From: Moniliella sp. 'wahieum'
Taxonomy: Eukaryota
Assembly: GCA_003971905.1 (NCBI GenBank)
Contig: RSEE01000045.1
Coordinates: 62,001 to 126,000, forward strand
Direction of reading: 5' to 3'
DNA length: 64,000 nt
Shown: positions 38,247 to 50,090 of the stretch, piece after piece
Numbering within the stretch: the stretch's first letter is position 1
Layout of the letters: every line of letters begins with the position of its first letter
Notes under the pieces: generated by a model
What the model saw: the letters and a program-made list of their open reading frames with translations, nothing else
What the model was told of the DNA's origin: nothing
Databases searched by the model: none
Translations under genes and position numbers: made by a program

Positions 38247-39730
38247 ATGCCGCATGCCGTGGACGACGCGGAGCCTGGCTCTGCTCGCTCGACCACATCG
38301 TCTCAGTCCACCGTCACACTCCTCTCCCCGCCACAGCGCATCCTTTCCCCCTCCACCTCGCGCGCCGTTGCCAGCCGCACTGCCCCGGTCCCCCTCAGCC
38401 TCGATGTGGACCTGCCACCGGTTGAAGAGCCTCGGCTGCCTCCTCCGCCCCCCCGTCCCCGCCCACAGGAAGGCCGTTCGCACCTCCCCGACCCGGTTAG
38501 TTACGGATCCAGTCTTCCGGCTCGAGCATCTCCAGTTCGCTCCTCGAAACCGATACAGAAGCCGGGGAGAGCGGACTGACGCTCACGGGCTATTCCACCT
38601 TCTCCAGTGTCGACGCCGAGTCGTCTGTCATGGGAGGCGCGCGGGCCGAGGGACGGAGAAAGAAGAGGCGGAGAAGAAAACGCCCCCCGGAACCTGGAGT
38701 GCCATTTCCGAGCCAACCCGACCCTTCCAAGCCGTTGCGGCCAAGACACTACCGCAAACGCAAGGCCCAGCGCGGCGTTGTTCGCTGGTTCCACCGCTCT
38801 GAAGGCATGTTTCTCTTTGCGCTGGCTCAAGTCTTTGTCGCAGCGTGCGTGCCGCTCCTCGATCTGGTGCAACTTAGTTTTCCCGAGATTGTTCTAGGAG
38901 AGATGATGTCGCCTCCTTTGGAGCCTTGCTGTTTCTTTGTCAGCCGGACTCCTGACCCGGTCTTGGGCCCTCCGGGGGTCCGTCTACTTCTCTTGCTTCG
39001 TGGGCGCTGGGCGTAGTCACGCTCTTTGGTCTGTCTCTCTCGCTCTCCTCGCTTCATACCAGCGACACGGTAGCCCTTCTTTTTCTCGCCCCGGCCTTCA
39101 CCTACTTTCTCGGTGCCGCCCTGCTTGGCGAGCCCCTGTTTTTGCGCGAAGTACTGGGGATAAGTACGACGTTGGCCGGGGTGGTCTTGGTTACCCATCC
39201 TTGGTCTTTATTCCATGAAGAGCCCGACCGGATTCCTGGGCTTCCTTGCCCTTGGTCCCTGGGGCCGTGGACGACGCCTTCAGGTCCCTGGGCCTCGCCT
39301 GAGGCGGGGATCGGTCTGGTTCTGCTTAGTACGCTCGGTTTGGCAGGAAGTTACATTACGGTACGCAGGATTGGTACGCGTGCTTCAGCGGTTCAGAGCG
39401 TACGGTCCTACACCCTTCTAGCCACGGTTGTTTCTGCTTCCATCCTTGGTACTGGAATGCACCTGCCCAGCGAAAAGGAGGCTGTCGTCTCCTCCTCCTG
39501 GCATCTTGACCTTGTCGTCAGAAACACTTATGGCGCTCGCGCTACAGCGCTCCAAGGCGGGTCGAGCCACCTGTTTTGCCCTTCCAATTGCTTTTTGTTC
39601 TTCTCATTCAGGCTGTACGCCTGCACCACTTCCCTCCCTCGGTCTGCTAGGGGGGGCGCTGATCGTGCTTGGGGCCGGGTTGGTTTTCCTTGGTGAAACA
39701 GTAAAACCTGGCCCGTGGATCGAATCGTAA
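38247..39730 (+). CDS. EamA/DMT-family multi-pass membrane transporter; frameshifted
   Basis: PVLGPPGVRLLLLLRG, FLAPAFTYFLGAALLGE, LAGVVLVTHP, YITVRRIGTRASA, LALQRSKAGRAT, SLGLLGGALIV. Confidence 0.8.
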
Positions 39731-40458
39731 CCATCAAATTTTCCATGTGATCGCATGCACCTGGCCATCCACTGCATCATTTCTCATCATTTTCAACTTT
39801 GTTTTTGCTTCAAGCTTCAAGCTTCCAACGCTTCATCCGCATTCCATTTGCCTGATCGGTCTGGTCTCTCTGCCCACTGTTACTTTTATCTCCTCCATCC
39901 AACGGTTCTCCCCCCTGCCCCTGCCTCCCCTCGGCTCAGCTCTGCCGCAGGACACAATTTGGCCGTCTGATTCTTTGGCGTTTTCCGGCTCTCTCTTTGC
40001 GTCCCCTCTTGGACTGCTTCATCCCACCCCACCCGCCCCTTGGCCACAATTTCGAATTGTAGGATTCAACAAGTGATGCATACGCGTGGGACATTCCTCC
40101 TTCTATAATGTCAATCCATGACTTATGACCGCCATCAACCGTTTGACGATGAGACATCAACCGATTCCCTTTTGGGTGATCTACCCAGCCCACAGCCAGA
40201 TAGGGGTAGCTGCCCCCCGGCTCTGAGGGCTACCGCGAGAAACATACGGGATGCATATGAAGGCGTATCTTCTGTATACACTCTGTATTCAGTGTGAGCT
40301 CCCATGCACCGGCTCGCTGCTAACTACGCATGGCTAGGGACTTGATATTTGACGCGAGCTGGGCGGACGTAGGATCGCAGCCCGCGCCAAGTAGATTAAT
40401 TTGCCCCGGGTAAAAGTATTGCTGGGATCGGCGGAAACACCAGCATCAAAAAAAAAAA

Positions 40459-40530
40459 TGCCTCCTAGCCGAATCGAACGACTAATCTTCGCATTACGAG
40501 TGCGACGCCTTACCATTGAGCCAAAGAGGC
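40459..40530 (-). tRNA. tRNA-Thr(CGT), intronless
   Basis: Reverse complement GCCTCTTTGGCTCAATGGTAAGGCGTCGCACT-CGT-AATGCGAAGATTAGTCGTTCGATTCGGCTAGGAGGCA folds as a cloverleaf. An oligo-T Pol III terminator follows (A-run 40448-40458 on +). Confidence 0.95.
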
Positions 40531-41315
40531 GCGGATGCTGCATTAGTTCAGCAAAGGTCAGTTATACACAGCTCAGCCCGCCCTCCCCAACTTAATGCCG
40601 AAACGAAGGTCGACGGCCTCATGTCAGTTGCTCCATGCACCGTCTGCCCGTCTCTTTGCAATCTGACAACCTTTCCTCCGTTTCCTTTCTAGCCATGTAT
40701 CCTCCCCTGTGCCAAGGAATCCTGTGCCTCCTCTTAGTACTTTTGGTTCTCAGTTGCCTTGCACAACTTGCACATATATGTACCTCTCTCATATATATGA
40801 AGCAACCGCGCCTCCTCCTTGTCTGTTGTGGTTGTCCAAAGCCCATATCGGTCTTCAGTGACTCAAAGTGACACATGGCCACACACACGAAGTGGGGGCC
40901 GGTGCGTTCCCGACCTTCCACGGGCTTCCTGCTTCCGGCCAGCCTCTCCCACCACTGCCAGGCAACAGCCCTCGCAAATCTGACTTCCCTTGGCTCATCC
41001 GGAACATCACGTCTATGGCCTATCGCCAAGACCGCTAGTTAACCCCGTGACGGGTGGCAACGCGAGATAGGTTGCAGTCCATCATGCACAACCAACAGCG
41101 CCTGGCTCGCACTTGGGGACAAAAATGAAGCCCGCTGGAATAGGCTGTTCTCTCCTGTGCTTCTCATGGCCCGGGCATCCCAGCTCACTCCTCCGATCGA
41201 TCTGAGGCATCTTTCGAACACCAGCCTTACTGAGAGCTTGGCCAGCTTGACGACCCTTCTCTTGCTGCTCACATACAAATGAGTAAGGCAAGGCTCATTT
41301 GCCGAGGCAAAAAAT

Positions 41316-41415
41316 TGTCGTGTCCCGGGATCGAACCGGGGACCTTGAGGAATCCTGAGGATTTGTAATTGAAGCACACTTCAATCTCACGCTCTCCCAT
41401 CTGAGCTAACCCGAC
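41316..41415 (-). tRNA. tRNA-Phe(GAA) with ~27-nt intron after position 37
   Basis: Reverse complement GTCGGGTTAGCTCAGATGGGAGAGCGTGAGATT-GAA-G[intron]..CCTCAAGGTCCCCGGTTCGATCCCGGGACACGACA. The intron contains TTCAAT, complementary to the anticodon loop. T-run downstream. Confidence 0.88.
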
Positions 41416-41578
41416 ATGATTCCAGTTGGTATCACTACAGCTCACCCAGCTACCGAAGGGACACGCTCCGTTACTTCGTTACTTATGCTCCACGTCCTCC
41501 GTTTGTCCAGTTGATAATCTGTTCGGTAGAGTTGGCTTTCCCGAGTGCGTTTCTACCAGCCTGTCCTCCTTGCCACTC

Positions 41579-42505
41579 ATGGGCGGCTACCTTTCCACAC
41601 CGTCTCCCCAAGAGCAGGTCGAGGCGCAAGTGCGCAAGTCGACCACAGCGAAATGGGCTGAGATTGATGCACGCTACACGCCCGAGCAGGTGCGGGAGAT
41701 GAGCCAGCTGGAACGCGTACGTGCCCCCTCATCGATCGTCCTTCTTTCTACTCCCGCCCTCCGGCCCCCACTGCTTACTCCCCGTATGGAATATCGGCGG
41801 TGATGTGACTTTGCTCACTGCCTCATGGGACGCAGTGCACGCCGGCCTACCCTATTTGGCCAATGAGCCAGCCTTGGTGCGGGGCCGCCTGCGCGCCCGG
41901 AGGATCTACCACCGCTTCAACCATTCCCTCCCCAATCCTACGGATCCACCTGACCTCCCTCCCGGGGTGGAGCCGTCCGGAATTGGAGGCAGCCAGGGCG
42001 GTGCGGCAGCCGAGGCGGGTTTGGACGTGATTGGGGCGGAACGACGGGGGATGCTGGCTGAGCTGTTCGACGTGGCGCCGGAAAAGATGCAAGCGGTGGA
42101 GATAGAGCCCCCGCTGTTGGTGACTTTGGGACGAACATCAAGCTGGAGGGTGCGTTTTATGCCAATTGGAACACCACCTTTGTCGATTCGGCCGAGATCC
42201 GGATCGGGAGTGGGACGCTGTTTGGGCCAAGTGTGCATGTCTATTCGGGTACCCACTCTATCAGTGCGGCGGAGCGGGCCAAGGGATGGGAACGCGCGGC
42301 ACCTGTCAGCATTGGTCGCGATTGTTGGTTGGGCGGCAACACGACGGTCATGCCAGGCGTGACGATTGGGGACAATGTCACGATTGGCGCAGGGAGCGTG
42401 GTGACGACCGACATTCCTTCCTTTTCCGTCGCGGTTGGTGTGCCGGCCAAGGTGATCAAAACATTGGCGCCGCATGAGCGCTCCGTCCCGTCGCCTCCCG
42501 CTTAG
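41579..42505 (+). CDS. Maltose/galactoside O-acetyltransferase (Mac domain + hexapeptide LbH repeats)
   Basis: AGLPYLANEPALVRGRLRARR, VEIEPP, FGPSVHVYSGTH, PVSIGRDCWLGGNTTVMPGVTIGDNVTIGAGSVVTTDIP, VGVPAKVIK. Intron at about 41717-41835. Confidence 0.92.
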
Positions 42506-43057
42506 GACAAAAGCAGGCGTGGCGCATCCTCGTCCTTTTCTGGCCTGGGGCTTCTCCACCCTTGGGTCACTGATCATCTCCTTCTAGATTGTCGAGACGC
42601 CCCCAGGGGGGATTAATTGTAGGCGGACTCAACCAACTTGTGCTCATTTTTGCTTCATCCACCGCCCCGGGGGGCTCGCGCCTGGTAAGCAGCGTCTACG
42701 CATAAGAGGCCATGTTGGGTTGTGTTGGATTGCGGCGCAGATGGCCACCATGTGCGCGTGGGTTGGCGTTGCCAGCATGCCGTATCCTCACCTACGTCGA
42801 CGGTCAGCCCCGCCGTGCTGGTTGGCCGGGGCGGTGGCAGGCATGGCTCCTACTCATAGAGGGCTCGTAACGCGACACGTGTCGCTTACTGGGCTTAGCG
42901 CTTACCGCGGAGGCCATCCGATTTCAAATTGCAACGCTGAACGTTGAATGTTGAAAGTTGAAAGTTGAAAACGCGAATGCGAAACGTTCAACTGCGCAGC
43001 CCTTGTATACTGGTCCTGGCGAACCCATGGGATGTCTGCTACCATCATACCAGGGCC

Positions 43058-45016
43058 ATGGCAAGCACGCCAGACACGCCCGACACGCCCAGCACGCCAG
43101 CCCCGCCGCCGCTGGCACCGGCTGTGCTGCCCCAGCGGGCCAAGCGGAGGCGCCAGCGTGCACAACTCTCTGCGACCTGTGCCGCATCGGCAAGCTCAAG
43201 TGCGACCGCACGGCACCCCTCTGCTCCTCCTGCCGCGCCCATGGCCGCCCCGAGCACGAGTGCACCCGCCATGGCGTGCCTGTCGCCGTAGCCCCCCCGC
43301 CACGGCCCCCGGGAAGGAGGAGGCATCGCGCTCGGACTTCCACCCATCGCCGCCCCGCCGCCGTCATCCCCCCCCCGCCACCGCCGCCCACCACGCCGTC
43401 ATCCCCCCCGCCACCACCACGCCGCTTCCACTGCCTCCACTCCCATTGTTCCCACCCCTACCCCCCCCACCGCCCTCGCCTCCACTCCCAGTGCCCCCAC
43501 CCCCTTCGCGCCCACTATCCCTGCCTTGTCCCCGCCTCCAATCTGCCCATCGTTCTCCTCTCCTCCTCCTCCAGTTCTTTGGCGCTGCATCCACTTGAAT
43601 CCGTAGTGGCAGGAACATGTGCTGTCCGTCTGCGCCGCTTTGGCCCGCTTGCACTACCTCCACCCCCAGACCCGTGCACCGAGCTGGCTGGCCAGGCGAG
43701 GGCCGCCCTTCCCAAGTGGGAGCAGATGGACCAGCTGCTTCAGATCTACTGGGACCAAGTGGCCATCTGTTTCCCATGGTACGACGCGGCACAGGTACGG
43801 GGCAAGGCAGAAGCACTGTACGTGTTGCCCGACAAGCCACTCAACAGCCAGCAGGGGGGGATGCTGCCTTTGCTCGCCTTCCTCTGTGCCGTGGCAGCCA
43901 AAGTGTACAATCTGTCTCTCTCCTCGCGCCTGCTTGAGTGGGGGGTAGACACGGACGCGCCGGCCCGCCTCTCGGGGCTGGGAAGGCAGTGTTTCCACCA
44001 AGGCTTTCTCCAGGTAGAACAGAACGCGTGTCCATGCGCGGCTGTCCCATCGTCCAGCTTCTCATCACGGCCGGGATTGGGCTCAGCCTCGTGGCTGAGG
44101 TTGGCGTACTAGACACGTGTTTACGCGCTGCACGGCAGTCGCACATGGACCGGTTGGGCCCGGTGCAGAGGATGAGCGAGGAGGACATTGTCCAGGCTGC
44201 TTGCTTTTCCATGCTGGTCTACCTAGACTGGTGGGCGTCGCTGTCACAGGGATGCCATATGGTCTATGAAAACACCTTCACCACGTCGTGGGAGAACGCG
44301 CGTGTGCCAGAGCATATGGAGGCATTTGCAGTGTGGGAGACCAACCTGCGCATTGCCCGTCTCGCCCTTTGGCTCGAGGACGGGGCAGCGACGGGGCAGC
44401 CGTGGCCAAGGAGGCGAGGGCGGTGCTGGACGGGCTGCCAGTCGGGTTGAGAGGGACAAGTGTGCAAGCTGTGCATGTGAAGAGCACACTCCACTTTCTG
44501 CTGTTGGGGATGCACATGCCCTTGTTTCCGGCTGGTCGGGACCAAGCACGGGAGCATGCGCTGGCACTGGTCGACTTGGCGCAGGAAGCACGGCAGGGGA
44601 GGTACCTGCTGCTGCGTAGCAAGCGTGCGCGTCACGCACTGGTCAACGCGGGGCTGGTCCTGCTTGCGGATGCTGTGCTTGGCGAGGGCGAAAGCACGCG
44701 CGAGAGAGGAGGCAAGGCGATGCTGGAGGCGGCGGAGAGCCTGGCGGAGGCGACGCTGGAGCGCGAGCCGGCGACGCGGGCTCCTCCTGGCGGCTGGAGG
44801 GGCTGCTGCGGGCTGGGCTGCTGCAGCTGGCCAGCGAGGGCGATGATGCGGCGGTGGCGGCGATGCAGGCGGTGGCGGACGAGATGGGGGGGGCGTGGGC
44901 GCCGTTCTGTCCGACCCGTTCCTGCAGCGGGGGGGGTGCAGGCATGGGCCGTCGTAGCCCCGAAGGATGGGCTTGTACATTTTACTCGAGGCGCACGAGA
45001 TAGGGTTACTCTATAG
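43058..45016 (+). CDS. Zn(II)2Cys6 fungal transcription factor; frameshifted
   Basis: RAKRRRQRAQLS joins (one-base slip) CDLCRIGKLKCDRTAPLCSSCRAHGRPEHEC. Middle-region-like LPKWEQMDQLLQIYWDQV and LVYLDWWASL. End approximate. Confidence 0.85.
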
Positions 45017-45251
45017 CACCGGCAGGTGTGGGTGTGTTGCGGGACAGCCGGCGGAACGCGGCGCGGCCCCAAATGCAGAACCCCGCGCCGCATTCCGCCC
45101 CGGTGGGGCAGGCGGGGCATCCAAGCGCATCCAGCCTCCAGCGGGGCACAGCAGCGCACAGCAGCCGCCACCGCAGCCGACCAGCCCCACGTGGAGGCTG
45201 CGCCCCCACCCCACCCTCCCGCCCGCGCCCCACCGTCGCTGCGTCGCCGCC

Positions 45252-48200
45252 ATGTCCATGCGCGAGCGCCACAGCCGCCGCCCCAGCAAGGCCTCCCGCC
45301 CCCCGCCGAGCACCCCCCCCCACCGGCGCCGCCGCCCCCGTCCCCCCCGCTCTCATCACCTACGCCGGCAGCGAGCCCCTGCTCGCCAGCCCTTCTGCGC
45401 CCATGTCCTCTCCAGCATCTCCACCCAGCTGCCCATCACCGGCATCGCCCCGCCCGCCGTCGCCCGCACCGCGCCACCGCCCCCTGCCGCCGGCGTCTGG
45501 AGCCCCGCCCCCGCGGCCAGCGAGCTCCCCCTCTCCACACCGAGCTCGTCGAGCTCGGCACCCACCTTACCCGGGTCCAAGCCGAGCAGGATGCCTTCAT
45601 CTCTCCTTCCCACGCCCTCTCCTTCCCGCTCGCCCACCTCTACCTGCTGGTCTGTGACGATGCCGAGCACTACCGCACCTCGGTCCGCGACGATATCAAC
45701 CGCTGGCACAACGTCCTCCGCCACACCCATGGCCTCCGCCTCCAGCCCGCCGAGATCCCGCACAACGGACTCCGGCCTGCGCCTCCGGCCAACGCCACCT
45801 CGGCTGCTGCTGCTGCCGCGGCCACCGCCGCCGCTGCGGAGGTCGATGCCTCCAGCCCATCCTGGATGGACAGGAGGAGCCCGAGTGGCTCATTGTGCTC
45901 ATCGCTCCGGCTGACAGCGGCACGGCCGATGCCACCTCCTCTGGCGCCAAGCGTCTCTACACCTCCTTCCAAAAGGGCTCGGTCGCTGACAAACTCAAGT
46001 CGGATTTTGGCGCGGGCCATATCGTGCAGCTGACGCGCCTTCCACCCTTGTTCCCGCCTGCGGCCATGGGGCGCTCGGGCGCTGCGCCTGGCGTTGACCC
46101 GGCATGTTTGCCGATCTCATGGCAGCACTGCGACGATCGTGTGCTGTTTCTCTGCAAACGATGGTGCGCGCGCAGGAAAGCATCCTTGCGCGCGCCGAGG
46201 CGGTGCACAATACGCTGTTGCTGCATGCCACCGGCGACGGGCTGGACCGGTTCGGTGCACGCAAGATGTGGGACTTTAGTTCGTGGATGTTGGCCAAGAC
46301 TACCTTGCCCGCACGCTGGAGGCTTTGGGCATGTTGGACGATGCATACGTTGCCTACGATGATATCGACACGACCATCCTCGCTGGCTCGCATGACCGCC
46401 TCGGGCGGAGTTGGGGGCCATCCCTACTTTTTTGCCTTGGGCGGCCTGAAGCAGGGAAACGACACGGAACCCATCATTGACCCTCGCAGGAAACCGTACC
46501 GAGAGATGCTGCAGCGGGAACGAATGACTCTCTTTGATGCACGCGTGTTTGTGTTTGCGGCGCGCACGCGCCTGTTGGCCCAACTGGGTGGCGCCGCACT
46601 CGTTCGTCTCCTCCGCGACGCAGACACGTTCCTTCCCGGCCTCGTGCGCAGCCTGACGCACGCCAGGTACGTTGCTACCTTCCTCCGGCCTATTGTGCTC
46701 TCCCCTAACCTCTCCTCTAATCCCCTCTCCAGACTATGCCCCGCCTACCTGGCTTCATGGCAGTACACCAACAGCCTTGACATTGCTCAGCATGCGTCCG
46801 AATGGTGGGGTGAACACGAAGCGAAGAAGATGGAAAAGCCACCTCCGCCTCCTTCTGTCTCAGCCGACCTCGACCGCGCCCTGGACGGGTCAGCGTTCCT
46901 GCAACACCAAAGGTGGAGGACAGCTATACGGCGTCAGCGTTCCATGCGGCCAAGGCCATTCTGCTCGGTCGGGCGCGGGCGCAGCTGGAAGTGCTCGGGG
47001 TGGAGCACAAGTTCTTGCCTGCCCTGGCCCCGTTTGCACCGGTAGGGGTCTATGCCTTCCCCAATTCGAATGGGGAGGAGCAAGCGGTATACGACGAGCA
47101 AGACCAAAAGGTCGAAGTGACCAATGAGGATCTCCTTGCCGCTTGGTAGGAGAAAATGCGTTTGACCTCCGCTACGGCGCAGCGGTAGAGACGGAGATGG
47201 CGGCGTGGATGCAAGCTCGCAAGACCGCCGGTCTGATGGGGTTACGCTACCGCGTAGGATGCCTCGCATTTTTGCGCGGGCGATACCAGGAATCGCTGGA
47301 GACGTTCGCTGCCCTCGCCGATTCGTATGCGAAGAAGGCATGAACGCGCTGGTAGAGGAACAGCTAGTCTGTGGTTGACCGCATTTGATCGTCTGGAAAA
47401 AGAGGGGGACAGCTCAGGGGATTGGATTCCGATGGCGGTACGGCTGTTGAATGCACGCTCGCTCTGAAGGAGCGGGTGCGGATGTTGCCCGTTCCCAAGA
47501 CGGGTATCAGCTCTGCCAGCCCGTGGCGTACGGACGAGTACGTGTGGGAGCGGCTACGCTCCGTCGAGCCCCCTGAGGAGGAAGGAGAGCACCATGTGAT
47601 CAATGGGTTTGTCGCGTTTTCGCTACGGGCTGCGACCAATGCGCGACGACATGCAAAGAAGAAGACGGGCTGTGCTCCGTGTAGAACTGCTTGCGCGTCT
47701 CGCGGCAGAGCTCAAGGTGGACGGGATTCGACTGAGGGTGCGCAACTCGCATCGTCCCGCCGTCTGGTTCGGATCGGACGCGCCATCGCGCGACGGTGCT
47801 CAAGTGCTTCTCCGTCCCGGCGTGAACCAACTGGACCTCTTTGCCCCGGCGCCGCCCACGGGCCGCTATGTGGTGGACCGGGCCCAAGTCCTGGTAGGGC
47901 CCTTTGCCTTTGAGTACAGTTTGCCTGTGGGGCCCTTGGACCCCGTGGCGGGACCCACCCTCTCCCCGGGCCAGGGTACGGGTGCGAAACGGCGCAGCTG
48001 ATCAACATTCCTGAAGATGGTGATGCGTGTATGCAACGCTGTCTCTTCCTGAGGACATTGTGCTGGATGCGGAGCGGATGGTAGAGATCACGCTCCATGC
48101 CGGGCGGAACCATGTCAGACCGCTGAGCTCGCCCTTTGACTCTGGCGGGAGACAGCGTGCCCCCGGACGCCCGTCTGGCCGGGGAGAAGGCGACATTGGA

Positions 48201-49903
48201 TGAAGATGCGCCGTCGGCGGGCGTCAGCGAGGTTGGCGCTACCCGTTTGACCGCGGTGGAGAATGCACCCCGGGTACAAGTGCACGACCTGGCTCCGCGC
48301 ACCGTCGCACGCGTCCTGGTCCCGCTCGATCCCATCTTGGATGCCTCGCCGGCCCAGGGCGGAGGTGGCATGGTGCACCTGCACTTGCAAGTGGACTATG
48401 TGACTAAGGTGGCCCGAGGTGGCACGCGTGCTACGCCGCAGGGGGATCTCAGGACGGCTCTGCCCATCGGAGTAGTGTCCAGGACTTTTTCCTGCTCACC
48501 CACTTGTTCTCCAAGTTTGCCGTTCTAGCCGGCGGCAACGACGCGCTACGGGCGCTCGGCCCAACTCGAGTCGCCCAACGGCCAGTTGACGGTGCATGCA
48601 CCCCCAGCGGATCAACCAACGGTCGTGACCCCCACCCAACCTGCCTCTTTTGTCTTCCGCTTGGACCCGGCCGGGAAGCCTGGGCCCGATTCGGATACCA
48701 GTGCCAATACCGATGCCAATACTCTTGCCAATACCGATTCGAATACTGATGCCAATGCCGATGCCGGTGCCGATGCTGATGCTGATGCTGGTGCCGATGC
48801 TGGTGCCAATGCTGGTACCGATGCCGACGCCAATGGCGACGCCGACGCCGAGCCGAAAGCAGCCGAGACGGATGCGAATCAAACGGGACGCGCACTCCAG
48901 TTGACCCTCTTCTTCCGCTCTCGCTCGCCGAGGAAGCTCGCCTGACCACCCTAGCCCATCTAGAGCAGCGCATTGACGAGGCCGACCCGACGGGCAAGCT
49001 GCTCTCCCCTGCCCGACGAACGTGTCTCCGCCGCGCGCTGGGGCGGCTCGTGGAGGACCGATTGGACTCGTCCCGCTACGCCTTGACGGCGAGATTCTGC
49101 TTGGCCAGTTCTCCCTGCGGGCATGGGAGGTAACGTGTGATCGCTGGGGCGTGGCCGCCGCCACGGGAGGCGAGGAGGAGACGGAACGAGATGCGATCTT
49201 GTCGGTGGTGCAGCGGGCGTTGGAAGCTGCGTCAGGCTCGTCGGCGAGAAAAGGGGACGTGGCACCGTCTGATCTTGTCTGTCGATCCACCTCGTACCTC
49301 GGTGGTGGCCGCCGTGGAGATCAAGTTGGGTCCTGGGCCCGTTCCGCTGTTGGTGGGCCAGCCACGGAAGGCCGAGGTGACGATCCGCACCTGGACCGGC
49401 TGGAAGGGCAATGCGTTGCTCCCTCCCAAAGGCGAGGAAGTGGCGGCACTGCCGGCGACAGTGGGCGAGGAAGACCCGCATTGGGAATTGACGTACGAAG
49501 TGTTGGGCGGGTACGATACCTGGCTTATGGCCGGCAAGGCGAGGGGCACCTTGCCGCTCCCGCACCTCGGCCACCTGCATGGAGGCAACCAAGTCCTGGT
49601 TCATACCATCCCCTTGACCTTGGTCCCTGTCAAGCACGGTGCGCTCCTCTTCCCTGGCGTGAGCGTGAGCGTGACGCCGAAACCGATGGGGGGCGACGTG
49701 GAGCATGCGGAACAGGCGGCGCTCGCCTCGGCCTCGGCGCCTTGGGCGCACGCTCCGACGTGCCCACGTGCGAGACGTGGCAGTCCAACGGCGCTGAACG
49801 CGCCGAGGTCGTGCCCCGCAGGTCCCGAGCCACCTTTTGGGTCGACCTGCCCAACGGCTCCCACTGGTCGTCCCAGCCTGGCACGCGCTTCGTGCCTACC
49901 TGA
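45252..49903 (+). CDS. TRS130: TRAPP II complex subunit Trs130/TRAPPC10; frameshifted
   Basis: FPLAHLYLLVCDDAEHYRTSVR, SVADKLKSDF, LEALGMLDDAYVAYD, KPYREMLQRERMTLFDARVFVFAAR, LRPGVNQLDL, WLMAGKARG and LTLVPVKHGALLFPGVSV match recalled Trs130 motifs in order. Confidence 0.8.
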
Positions 49904-50090
49904 TCGCAGTGCTCCCCAACAAACCCCAACGCTAACGCCCACTCTGGATTCTGCTCCAGCGCACAGCGCACAGCTCACAGCGCACACCAATCCAATGCCA
50001 TTTCTATGCTTTTGCGGGACGAAAGGTGGGCTACATATGGATAGAGATGCATACATACAGCCGGGCACATTGCTCTGTGGCACCCATCGC

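Noticed and set aside
40159..40173. AACCGATTCCCTTT as a C/D snoRNA guide against LSU rRNA
   Set aside because: The recalled rRNA match needs a one-base gap, and no D/D' box follows immediately.
47140..47350. In-frame TAG/TGA in TRS130 as stop-codon readthrough or an alternative code
   Set aside because: Homologous-looking sequence continues in a different frame, so these are indels rather than recoded stops.
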